NCBI GenBank assembly: GCA_964035545.1
Contig: OZ037773.1
Span: 62,001-126,000 of the forward strand
Length of the DNA: 64,000 nucleotides
Reading direction: 5' to 3'
Source of the DNA: Bugula neritina
Lineage: Eukaryota > Animalia > Bryozoa
A model generated the notes under the pieces. It was not told the DNA's origin and made no database searches. It saw only the letters and a list, made by a program, of their open reading frames with translations. A program made the position numbers and the translations under genes. Within the stretch, counting starts at the first letter, position 1, and every line of letters begins with the position of its first letter. This document shows, one piece after another, positions 12,696 to 26,089 of the stretch.

Positions 12696-13564
12696 GACTT
12701 TCACTGTCTTTTTGCAGATACATTAGCTATTGATAAAATCTCACTCATTTTTACTGAAGAAACAAAATAGATATTGGGTGTGTTGACGTTCTCTCCCCTA
12801 ACTGCCAAATTTCTCTATACTATGAAATGCATTTGGAATTTGAAGTTTTTATTCTGTAGATTATTTCGCTATTGAAACTATTTGTTTTTTCATGATTGTG
12901 ATTTGCTTCATGTTTTTTTTCTGTTTCATTTCATGTATTGTTCAAAATGACTACAATAACATTTTACACTCTGTACCAAAATAATGATCAATAAATTGGT
13001 AACAGTTTTATGCATACCTTGATGCAGATACTTTTATTTGAAACTCATGAGACGTACCTACCAAATTTAAAGTCGAAATCATACAATTGATCAGTGAAAT
13101 CCATGTTAAACAAGGTTTTCAACAATATCTAAGGAATGCTTTGCAGATTTGAGAGATCTTCTGAACAATATAGCATTCTGAAAATTAGCAAAAATCACAG
13201 CAACTAAAATTGCTGTCATTAAAATAATAATAATAATAATTACTTTGTACAAATATATAGACAGATTAACAGTTGATAGAAGTTATTGCAGTAAGTGTGT
13301 TTAGTACTAATATATATATATAGTTCACAAAACTGTTGTTGAGCTTTTCATCAAAATAAAACTAAATTATTTATACAGAACAATCAATCCAAAAAAGAAT
13401 GAAAAAGTTTATCAAAAAACCCAACAAAAAGTAACAGGAAACAAAACAAAAAGTAGTTGTATAATTGGAGATGAAAAAAAATTTAACCAAGTTATATATT
13501 GTATGCAGATAAACTAGTTTATTAAAAAATTTGGTGAGGTTATAAAATTTTTGCAAGGCCACTC

Positions 13565-13632
13565 CTAACCCTCACTAGGGTTGGAACCTGAGACCCCCAT
13601 TTCCCAAAGCAAGTGCTAACCAGTACACCACA
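13565..13632 (-). mobile_element. tRNA-derived SINE head or tRNA pseudogene remnant
   Basis: Minus strand shows A-box-like TGGTGTACTGGTTAGCAC and B-box-like GGTTCCAACCC at tRNA-like spacing; no clean cloverleaf. Confidence 0.4.
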
Positions 13633-14363
13633 TGTATGACTGGGTAGTCTCATCACCGTACATGCATATGTATATACACATACACAGAATGATTCAAGCG
13701 TAAATCTCTTTGAAATGGCAATAATATTATGCATTCATCTCACTAAAAGTATGAAGTTGATTATTATCTCTTTTCATTTTAATGATATTTTAGTTGAGGC
13801 AACAGTTTGACTGCAAACTATTCTTGAATAAATTAACCTGCAGTAATCAGCCTCTGCACCTCTTCATGCATAACAGGTTGGACTTCTGCTTCTTTCCATT
13901 TCTTAAGCATAAAAGTTTTTTTTTCTGTTAACACAACAATGCTACTAAAAAGCACCCACAATTTACCTTTACAGATGACTACTTTTTGTACTAATAGAAA
14001 ACTCAATGCTCATTGCCTGTACTCAAAATAAAATTTGGAACGCTATTATTCAAGAAAAAAAATTAAAAAAAACCTCAACAAATTTATTCAATGAAATCCA
14101 TAACCCTGCTAAATTAACAATTGTTTTTGCCAGAGACAGATATTGTAATGGTTAGAAGAAGTATACCTCCCAGTACCTCCTGCTAAACATGACTATAGAT
14201 TATGGTGAAACTACCATCAAGGACGACAACTTCACAAACCCTTGCCGCATGCCGGTGCCCTATTAGTAACTACGGATGACACCGCCGGAATCTGTGTCAT
14301 TCAATCGGAATCCACTCTGTGTATATAAGCAATGTGCGTGTGCGTGCGTACGTCTGCGCGCGT

Positions 14364-14545
14364 GTGTGTATGGAAGGAGTGCATAGAGAGTGTGTATGGA
14401 AGGAGTGGATAGAGAGTGTGTATGGAAGGGGTGGATAGAGAGTGTGTATGGAAGGGGTGGATAGAGTATATAGAAGGAGTGGATAGAGAGAGCATGAGAG
14501 GAGTGGATAGAAAGTGTGTGTAAGGGGAGAGTGTATGGTAGAATA
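14364..14545. repeat. ~26-bp minisatellite (TGTGTATGGAAGGRGTGGATAGAGAG)n
   Basis: Direct tandem units that decay to the right. Confidence 0.85.
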
Positions 14546-15179
14546 CATGGTAGAGTAAATTTTCAATCAGAAATTCAGGACATATAGTATAGCCATACAA
14601 ACACCATGACATAAAAGTTTTATAATTAATGCATTAAATAGCACCAAAACATTATTCAAAGGTACAAATTACCCTTTTTATTGATAGTAAAAATTTAATT
14701 TAGGTCATATTATACTGATATAGAATAATTTATGAAAACGTGCTATAACAATTATAATCTCTACAATGTCGATTATCTGCGAGATTTCTTGGCAGCTTTT
14801 TATCAGTAGTTTGTCTTTGCTTAGTGCAACCCAATGGCAAGTTAAAAGTTTCTAGTAGGTTATAGTATTGCAAGTATTTTTCATTTGCGCATTTGACACA
14901 TGTGCATTAGTCTCTAAAAGTAAAGACAGCTATAAATTGTTTTTGTTGCTCTTGTAAACATGAGAATTGTTTACTGAATGGAAAAGCATATCATTCCTTT
15001 CTACTTTGAAAACTCCAGGGTCTCCTACTAACTGCAGTGTGATATATTTCTTTCAACTCTGTAGTGTATATTGCTTCGCAGCTTATCTGGTACTTAGTAA
15101 CGTCAGTCATGCAGCATTTGGATGCTCTCCTCTTCAGTATTTATGCCTACTTGGCAAACAATTTTACCATCTTTTAAAG

Positions 15180-15548
15180 AGACAAACAGACTAACAGAGA
15201 AACTAGTGAACAGACAGACTATCAGAGAAACTAGCGAACAGACAGACTATCAGAGAAACTGGTGAACAGACAGACTATCAGAGAAACTAGTGAACAGACA
15301 GACTAGCAGAAGAACTAGTGAACAGACAGACTATCAGAGAAACTAGTGAACAGACAGACTAGCAGAGAAACTAGTAAACAAACAGACTATCAGAGAAACT
15401 GGTGAACAGACAGACTAGCAGAGAAACTAGTGAACAAACAGACTATCAGAGAAACTAGTGAACAGACAGACTATCAGAGAAACTGGTGAACAGACAGACT
15501 ATCAGAGAAAGTAGTGAACAAACAGACTAGCAGGGGAACTAGTGAATG
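15180..15548. repeat. 28-bp minisatellite (CAGAGAAACTAGTGAACAGACAGACTAT), about 13 units
   Basis: Head-to-tail units with no spacers. Confidence 0.93.
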
Positions 15549-15705
15549 GACATGGATAAGAAAATCAAAACAACGGAAATGCATTGTGGGGAGGAGCAGT
15601 GAGAATTATAGATTCTGGGTTTCCCGAATTTACACAACTTACTCTGCTTGGAAAAAAGAGCTATTGAATAATACTCTTCTTTACGATAAGAATCTGTGCG
15701 GACGC

Positions 15706-15706
<1 letters not shown>

Positions 15707-15754
<48 letters not shown>

Positions 15755-15811
15755 AGTACGTGTGTGTGTGTGCGTGTGTGTGTGCGTGTGCGTATGCGTG
15801 TGTGCGTGTGT
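15707..15811. repeat. (GT)n microsatellite
   Basis: Direct reading. Confidence 0.95.
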
Positions 15812-16305
15812 AGTGTTGAGATTTGAAGACCGTATAAACTGCAGTAGTTTTCCCTTTGTCATTTGAAAGCATTTATTTAAAAGTTTGTTACTTAATTAAA
15901 ATATTTTTATCCTTTAATCACATTATTTTATTGTAATTTATAAAATTTCATGCCAATACTATTGTTATAGAGAAGTTACAGAGAAGTAAGATAAGATTTG
16001 AAGTTATCTTCTCTCTGAGCCAAGAGGTCACTCAGATTGATACGGTACGCACTTTAGCCAATTGACTTACAGAAATGAGATGACATCTTAAAACAAAATT
16101 TTCAAACCTAGATTAATTTTTACACTGTTGTCATATAAAGTTAGGTTATTTCTTGCTATAGATTGAAGAGAAAATATTTACTTTAGTGTATCTGTGTTAT
16201 TAGCTTTACCCCTAGTTTGCTATCAGTTCATCAATCTACCAACATTCCGACGGGAGCAGATAAAACTGTATCTTCAGCTGTTTTAAGACTGACTTGTGGT
16301 CACAC

Positions 16306-16613
16306 TGTAGTGGGCAGTGAAGCGTAGGGCCATGTGCTCACTAGCCAATTACATGCGGACACGTGACCTTTTCCCGGTATTATAACTGGGTTCTAGTTTA
16401 TGTTAGTAGTGTGCTCAGTCGGAGCGTGATGTTGTATACAATCAGAGATCTTACGTTTTATATGTGTATTCTTAACTAGTGTTACTTATATTTTATCAGT
16501 GTGTATCAAATATATCTACTATCGCAACTCTCCGTCTAGTACTTCAACATGCAACGTGGATAACTAGATAATACACGAACTCCCACACTTAATATAATTG
16601 CAAAATGATAACA
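16306..16613 (+). repeat. 5' LTR of B1 (Y-type)
   Basis: TGTAGTGGGCAGTGAAGCG...GATAACA followed by G and the PBS TGGTGGCAGCGGTGAGAT. Confidence 0.87.
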
Positions 16614-16678
16614 GTGGTGGCAGCGGTGAGATTCTGTATACTGACACGGATGCAACCTGACTGAAGACTACAACCAAG

Positions 16679-19600
16679 ATGGCGAGAGCACCAACTCGAC
16701 AAGGAGAAGGTGAGCCTGCTACTATAATAGCCCCAGAGGGCCCAGCATTACAAGAGGAAGAGGCTTATCGGTACCGGTTGAAAGCTCCCACCTTTACTGG
16801 GTCGGAAGATGTTGAATGATTCATACAGGAGTTTAGAGAGGTAATAGACATCGCTCAATGGCTGCCCAGAGTGGCCCTTATTCAATTGCGGAGGGCATTG
16901 GCGGAGCAAGCTAAACCGAACGGGCTAGGAACCAACATAAACGGGATCTTTGCTGCGCTACGGGCCCGCTTCGGCATCTCCGCAGTAGACGCCAGGGCCC
17001 GCTTACAGAAGTTGTGCCGCGCCCTGCGGACCCCGTTACAAAAACATGCTGCTACGGTGAAGAAACTGGCGCAAGTTGCGTATGGCGACCTGCCAGCACA
17101 ACACCAAGAGCGCTACACTTATGATGCTTTCGTCCAGTCACTGAATGACCTGGGCCTACACCACCAACTAGAAGCCAAAGGAGTGACCACAGTAGAGGAC
17201 GTCCTAAAGGCTGGAGAGGCTTACTTGTTGGCTACTCAACTGCATAGAGGGCAAGGAAGCCCGCCGCCGGCTGGAGTTAATGCCGCAGGAGGATATGTGG
17301 CACCACAATCTCCCTCTCGGACTATGGTGGTCCCCGAAGTTCCCCCCTTGAAAGCAGAAGTAAACCGCATAATGGAGATGCTGGAACTGCTAGTAGCAGT
17401 TCTTGCCAACACTGGCCACAGTCAGGCCCGGCGGTTGCCCCCAGCACTTGTGGGTCCGGGCTGGGGTGGTGGTGGTCAGAGCCACCCCCAGCGAGGACAA
17501 CCCCAGGGCAAGGGGGTGTTAAACTGTCAAGGCACGTGGACGCCTTCCCTCTCTGCTGGCCAAGACTGGAGGAACATGGTGGGACACGCCGCGGCCTGTC
17601 TGTACAGACACGACGGTATGCCCCCCCCCCCCAAGTGGCAGGTACCACTTAGGACTAGCCGACCCTCACGGCGGCCGAGTACCTTCTCCCTGCCACTCAC
17701 TAACCGGTTCCACCGGTTACCCGAGGAAGAGTAGCCTGCCACTGATATAGAGCCGGAAGGCCCAGTGGGGGGCTCCGAGCCCCGCCGGCGCCAACCACGC
17801 CGCCGGAAACCCGGTAAACCACGGGTAAAACCCTCGCAGCCCTACCCAGTCAGAACTGAGCATGAGGGGGGTGAAAGTACAACCACACGGAGATAGCTAT
17901 TTCCTACCCGGAAAAGTGGCGGGTAAAGCTGTCACTTTCCTGTTAGACTCCGGCTGTACTACAAACCTTCTCAGTCGCAGGGTCTTCGAGACACTGCCCC
18001 GCCGGGACAGGGATAGAGTACGACCGTATACGGGAGAACATGGCACCCTAGCAGATGGGTCGTGTATCCCCTTCCACGGTATCATCCAACTCACTGGGCG
18101 TGTCCGAGACCAGGCTGTACAGGAGACCTTCGTCATAAGCCAGCTGGAGGAAGATGCTATCCTCGGAATGCCCTTCTTGAAACGGCACCAATGCCGCATA
18201 GACTTTAGCAAGTCGGCAATGCTGATGGGCAGGCGAGAACTCGCCTGTGTGGATAAGTCCGGGCGTCCTCTAGTGGGCGGTGTCCAGGTAGTCCAGAACT
18301 GCACCATACCGGGACGCTCTCGGGTCACTATCCACTGCCAAGTGAACAATAACCTGGACTCGGGGTGGTTGGAGGCGCGCACTAAATAATCCAACTTGCC
18401 AGCAGTTTAAACCAGCTGACTGAGCGAGGAGAGATCTTAGTGCAGTGTGTAAACCCCTTTACTGAGTCCACCAAGCTACCAGCTGGATCTATGCTGGGCC
18501 GGTTCGACTCTGTCCAATGGGAGGACGTGGGCCCGTCGCTGGGAGATGCGACGGAGGAACCCCCTCGACACCCTAACAAGGGGCGAGGGGCTGTCCCAAC
18601 ACACATCCGGGAGCTATATAAGACAGCCTGTGGTGGCTGCGCGAGCAACGAGGAACGCCAGGTTATGGCGAAGTTGCTTGGTGATGTGTTCAGTGGCGGA
18701 GATCACGACGTCGGACTGACTGAAGCTGTCAGACACGAAAGACCGCTGACTGCAGGGACAGTCCCTATTCAGCAACCCACGTGCAGGTTGGGGCCAGAGA
18801 AAGAGAAGGAGGTCAGCCGACAAGTCCGGGATCTTCTGGACCGAGGCCTCATCGAGCCAGCCCACAGTGCGTGGAGCTCGCCGGTCGTGTTGGTCTGGAA
18901 GAAAGACGGCAGTTGGCGGTTTTATGTGGACTACCACTAGCTCAATAGCGTAACCATACAAGACGCCTACCTTCTATCTCGTATTGATCAATCCCTGGAC
19001 ACCCTAGCCGGCAGCAAGTACTTCAGTACGTTAGACTTGTTGAGTGGTTACTGGCAGGTTCCTCTGAGTCCTGACGCCCAGAAGAAGGCGGCGTTTATAA
19101 CATGGGACAGACTGTGGAAGTGGGAGGTGCTGCTTTCTGGGCTAACCTCCACCCCGGCCACCTTTCAGATGCTGATGGAGCAAGTCCTCAGTGGACTCCA
19201 CTGGAAAACACTGCTGATCTACCTTAATGGTGTCATCGTGATCTCTCCAGACTTCGAGACACACAACAGTCATCTGCGGGAGGTTTTCGAAAGACTCCGA
19301 GGTGCCGGTCTGAAGCTAAAACTATTCAAGTGCGCTCTGTTGCAGCCGGAGGTCAAGTATCTGGGGCACGCTGTCGGTCGAAACGGCGTGGCAACGGATC
19401 CCAAAAATAACAGGCTATAGAGGACTGGGTCACCCCCCAAGACTTGACCGGACTCCAGGTTTTCTTGGGTCTGTTAAGGTATTACAGACAATACATACCA
19501 GACTTTGCGGGGATAGCACAGCCGTTAAACCGGCTCACCGCAAAGGGAGTGACGTGGCAGTGGACCCCGGTCGAACAAGGAGTGTTCGACCGTCTCAAGG

Positions 19601-20755
19601 GTTGCCTACTGACGGCACCCATCACGGCCTACCCAGACCCTACTCTGGAGTACATCCTCAACACAGACGTCAGTGACCAGAATGTTGGCGCTGTGCTGTC
19701 TCAAGTGCAGGAAGGCCGAGAAGTAGTAGTAGCCTACTACAGCAAGTCTCGCTCACCCACTGAACGAAATTACTGCACTACCGGCAAGGAGTTGCTGGCA
19801 GTAATCAAGTCAGTGAAGCACTTCCGACCATACCTGTACGGCAGGAAGTTCTGGCTGCGTACGGATCATGCCTCTCTGATCTGGTTGTGGAAGAGAGCAG
19901 AACCGTCCAGTCAGATCGCCCGGTGGCTCGAAATCCTGGCTGAGTTCTCCTACCGGATCGAACATCGACCGGGCAGGAGACACAGCAATGCGGATGGTTT
20001 GAGCCGCCGACCTGATGGAGGTTGCAAACAGTGTTTCAACAATGGGAGGAGGGACGGAGGTGCCCCGCGATGTGAACTAGAGACGCTGGCTCACCCCGGA
20101 GCACAGTTTGACTGGGACCAGGGTCAACTCACACAGAAGGTTGACGAGTCCCGGGAGGTTGTACAAAACCTCCGCGCCAACCCTTTTTTTGCCAATAATG
20201 TCCGGGAGCTGAAGAAGCTTCAGGAAGAGCTGCCTGGAGTAGTGGCAGACATATATCGGGCCAAAAAGGAAAAGCGACGACCCAGCTAAGAACAACTACG
20301 GCAGGGATGCGCCGAATTCCAGCTGTTCTGCTAGCGTTGGGACTCGCTGAGGATCGGGCAGGAAGGTCTGCTGACCATTTCTCTAGCTGCTAGCGGCAGA
20401 CACCCAGAGAGGAAGAGGGTGGTCTGCCCCAGCGCCATACGTCGTGAGTTAATTTGGGACACTCACAAACAGGCTCACGCAGGAGTCAAGAGAGCGATCT
20501 CCTAATTAAAACTCCGGTGGTACTGGCCCAAGATGGGGCGCGATGTCCGACTCAGAGTAAAACAGTGTGAATTCTGCCAGGCCAGCAAGCATGGCCGTCT
20601 CCCTGGCGAAGCGGGACGGCAGAGGTTATATGCTGGAAGGCCGTGGCAAGTAGTAGCTGTCGACCTGGTCAGACCCTTGCCCCTAACCCCCAGAGGCAAT
20701 AGTTGGATCTTTGTTTTGACCGACCACTTTACGAGGTGGGCGGACGCTCTGGCCA
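16679..20755 (+). pseudogene. gag-pol pseudogene of B1
   Basis: ORFs 16871-17734 (gag), 17862-18389 (PR), 18440-19420 (RT), 19444-20289 (RH) and 20533- (INT), broken by stops and frameshifts. Confidence 0.92.
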
Positions 20756-21253
20756 CACATAATGTTTATACATAAATAATATTGCCAAACCAAACCATTA
20801 ATAAATATTTGTCGAGCGGAGATAACTCCTCTGATTACCTCTGCATACCACCTACATTTTTATTCTACAGTTATTGGATTGCAGACATTAATTTCAAAGC
20901 AAAATTATCAAATAATATTTAACTTGTTAATTGTCTCCTCTTGAATCAATTATTAGGCGAAAATTTATTTTCATTCAAGTAATATGAATATAAATATATA
21001 TATACATATTTAAATAAGTTTATAAACTATTAAAGTTATTGTTATACAAATATTATTTTAAAAATATTTTTCGTTCCACACTTTTAAGCTATACATATGT
21101 ATTCAAACCATTAGTTCCAATCACAGTCACTATTAGCACATCATTCTGTAAATACATCAAGTTGCTGCGCAGTATCTACTCTGCAAAATACAAATTACTG
21201 TGTGTTCTTTGATCTGACAATATTAAATTATATTGTTATTGATGCGATGAAAC

Positions 21254-23281
<2,028 letters not shown>

Positions 23282-24167
23282 GATGAAACTTGTATTGCAA
23301 GCGCGCTACTATGCTACTCGCTGTAAGTTCAGTCTGCAACGAACATCCGGGCTGCCAAAGCGTAAAGCCACAGCCAATGGGCGAGGGCGTGCTGCTATCT
23401 AATTATTGAATTGACTACTAGCAGTCGTTGCGTAGGCGGGAATCAAACGATGCGATAACTTAGTTGAATGAAACGTTATGCTAAACGCAACACTGAATGC
23501 CTGATCAACTATTAGGTATTCATCACACATTGGTAATTTTACTACTGGAATTAATTATTGTAAGTGCTAACTTGACAGTTGGTGACTATGTTTAGTTGTC
23601 GATTGGTGTGTTGCAGTAGTGTAGTAGTAGTACGTAGAAACTGTCATAAAAAACGTCAACGTATACACATTTATCACTACTTTAAATTTGAATAAGAGTT
23701 GAAATGTTGTTCATCAAATTCAATTTTGAGGACAAACGGTATTTTGATTTAAATTCAATGATAATACTAAATCTAATTGATTTTCATTTTTTTCGAATTT
23801 GATATTTAAATTTCAATCATCATCATATTTAAGTTTATATTTATATTTATTATCCATTATGATTATCATTATGATTGTCATTATGATCATCATTTGAATA
23901 GTAATGAATCATGATATAAATAACATTAACTGATTACATTTACTGATCAAACAGCAAATGTTGTAAATGTAACAAGTACAACTACAAGTGCTAACCCTGG
24001 TCTAATAGTAATATAAGTTTTCACTAGAGGCTTCCCTCTCTATAGGTATAGGCATTTTAGTTGCTGCGGAAGTGCTACGTCAACTGAGATAATAATAAAC
24101 TGTAGCAATGCTGTTATGATTTTTGTTATCATTATGATTAACTAAGTGATTATCATTAATGACCATG

Positions 24168-24473
24168 TGTTATGTTTTTCAGTTTTAGGGTTGATATGCT
24201 ATCCAGAGAGTCTATTTATCTAGTATAGAACTGCACCAGGCTAAGTCGAGTGAACGAGTATATTTTATACACAACTATACATTATAAAAACACGATACAT
24301 TATTTCTAACAAGTTACACATCTAATCTATTTCACACTCTAGCTTCGACTGAGTTAGCAGCGGGAAACTACAATTGCTGCTAACTATCAACTACGCTAAT
24401 TGGCTATCCATTGTTCCGGGTCAATTACGCGACCCCACATGTTGTGCTGCTGGTAGTTCCACGAACCACCACA
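24168..24473 (-). repeat. 3' LTR of C
   Basis: TG...CA; identical to 31364-31669. Confidence 0.97.
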
Positions 24474-24487
24474 CCGCCCCCACCAGC
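24474..24487 (-). promoter_or_regulatory. Polypurine tract of C
   Basis: GCTGGTGGGGGCGG abutting the 3' LTR; the same sequence is in B2. Confidence 0.8.
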
Positions 24488-24759
24488 AGAAAGCCATCTT
24501 TCTGATATATATAAAAAAAACATTCAATAGTAATTGTATACATCAGTGGACAAAAAAAATACATAATATACAGGAAGAGACATAATAATAGACAGAGTCA
24601 TGGTAGCGATCCGTTGCATACAATTGGCCAGCTGTAGATAGACGAGGAATACTAGCTAGCTGTGGTAGTAGACAAGGATTAACCTGTCTAGCAGTTAAGC
24701 ATTTGCACGAGTTTGGTTCCTCACCAAATGTGGAGTTGCGGAGTATTCTGGGTAGCATA

Positions 24760-25547
24760 CTAGAGTCCTTGTTGGGCACGCCGGTGCTTGGCTTGGCATG
24801 TACGCAGTTTCCGTTTCATACGGCATACGGATCCCTTCAGCTGGAAGAGTCCTGTGGTAGTGTTAAGTAGATCTGGTGCCAGCTGGGTGAACTCTTCTTG
24901 TAGTCGTAGGAGGCGTTCTTCTACTGTAGCTAGTCGTACTGGGTCTGGGGACGGTGTCCGTCTGCGGCGTAAGGGTGGACTGGGGGACCTGGTCCGTCTC
25001 TTCGCCGGGGTAGGGGAGATCTCTCCTTCTTCTGGATATGTAGTTTCCTCGGGGGTGTATGTAATTGGAGGGCGGTCAGACACCAACGGAGATTGTTGTC
25101 GGGCGTTGTCTAACACACGTTGGAACCCCGAGGATAGAACTGCTAATAGCATGGCCTTCTTTACCAGAGGTCGTATATATGTGAGGAACTCCGGGTACAG
25201 CTTAGCGTCGACCACATAGTTTTCTCCAGGGAAACAGCCCGCCGCTCTGTGTCTGGTGACGGGGTAGGGATACACATCATTGTACCCGCAGGGGCAGAAG
25301 GTCAGTAGGAGATGAGCATTGACGTGTAGTTTAAGGGAGCGGTGGGAGGCGCAATCTTCACCACAGATCTGGCATCTCGTCCGTCCTCTGGACCCCCAGG
25401 CTGTTTCTATTTCTTCTTCGGTTTGTGGAGACACCCACCGCCAACGGCGGCGTAGTGGCTCAGGCCGGTCACCACTAGCATAGTCCTCCGGATACGGAGC
25501 GGGAAGTGTTCTATCCCGTACCCTGGTTGTAGCGGGTCGAGTGTAAT
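24760..25547 (-). CDS. ORF3 exon 2: C2H2 and C2HC zinc fingers, RS/SP basic tract, coiled coil (spliced product about 270 aa)
   Basis: CQIC-x12-H-x3-H and CPC-x12-H-x4-C; preceded by TACTAAC (25573-25567) and a TTTTTCAG acceptor (25548); no upstream in-frame ATG of its own. Confidence 0.88.
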
Positions 25548-25811
25548 CTGAAAAAGTTTCAACAGTGTTAGTACAGTACACTGCTGTGTTGTCAGCTTGA
25601 ACAGCTTGGCAACTCCTAATTCAGTTACCTCGTAGAGATTAATGATAGTGAATAGTCAGATAGAACCGTATTGCAATGAGATTATAAAAATCTCTAAGTC
25701 AAACTGAGTTCTTACTACGGTATTTCACTAACCTATCTCCAGCTCGATTGACTCAGTGAGTCAGAGCTGAGCGATGCAATCTAGTTTCGTATTAAGATAT
25801 AGTTAACTCAC

Positions 25812-25836
25812 CCCACGATCTGTTGTCGTAAGACAT
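25812..25836 (-). CDS. ORF3 exon 1 (micro-exon MSYDNRSW + G)
   Basis: ATG TCT TAC GAC AAC AGA TCG TGG G|GTGAGT; phase 1 matches exon 2; homologous micro-exons in B2, D and A2. Confidence 0.8.
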
Positions 25837-26089
25837 ACTGAATATGTGAAATGGTTTGAACTACTGCTTAGAAACACGTCTACTCTTGACTACATCAGCG
25901 TATGAAAAGATCGAGCAACGTGGTTGGGGTGCGTGATTAAGACTTTGTGCACCCGGCGGATGAATTTTGTTTCTACTTCCGTCGATACAAAAGTTGATAT
26001 TTCCGTGGTGTTGACAACTCCCACATTTGCTCGATTCTTTTCTCGTACGGTTTTCCCCTAGACTTTCATGTGTGCCGCTTTTAACGCAG

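Larger units (their letters stand above)
1..20755. repeat. Segmental duplication, copy 1 (starts at or before the window edge)
   Basis: Sequence and ORF track recur at offset +34196 (+34206 after the GT microsatellite, +34205 after the poly-C). Identity ends at ...GCTCTGGCCA (20755/54960). Confidence 0.97.
16306..20755 (+). mobile_element. Degenerate Gypsy element B1, 3'-truncated inside integrase
   Basis: 5' LTR 16306-16613; PBS 16615-16632; gag from ATG 16679 with a stop at 16817; pol fragments ending at ...RWADALA. Confidence 0.93.

Noticed and set aside
14144-14300. Possible solo LTR starting TGTAATGG
   Set aside because: No matching end, TSD or further similarity to the D LTR could be established by eye.
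15180-15548. 28-bp repeats as a CRISPR array
   Set aside because: Units are head-to-tail with no unique spacers, there are no cas genes, and the context is eukaryotic.
24760-25581. ORF3 as env, or as a 273-aa protein starting at 25581
   Set aside because: No signal peptide or TM anchor. The listed start is GTG inside the intron, and B2 has an in-frame TAA at the equivalent place.
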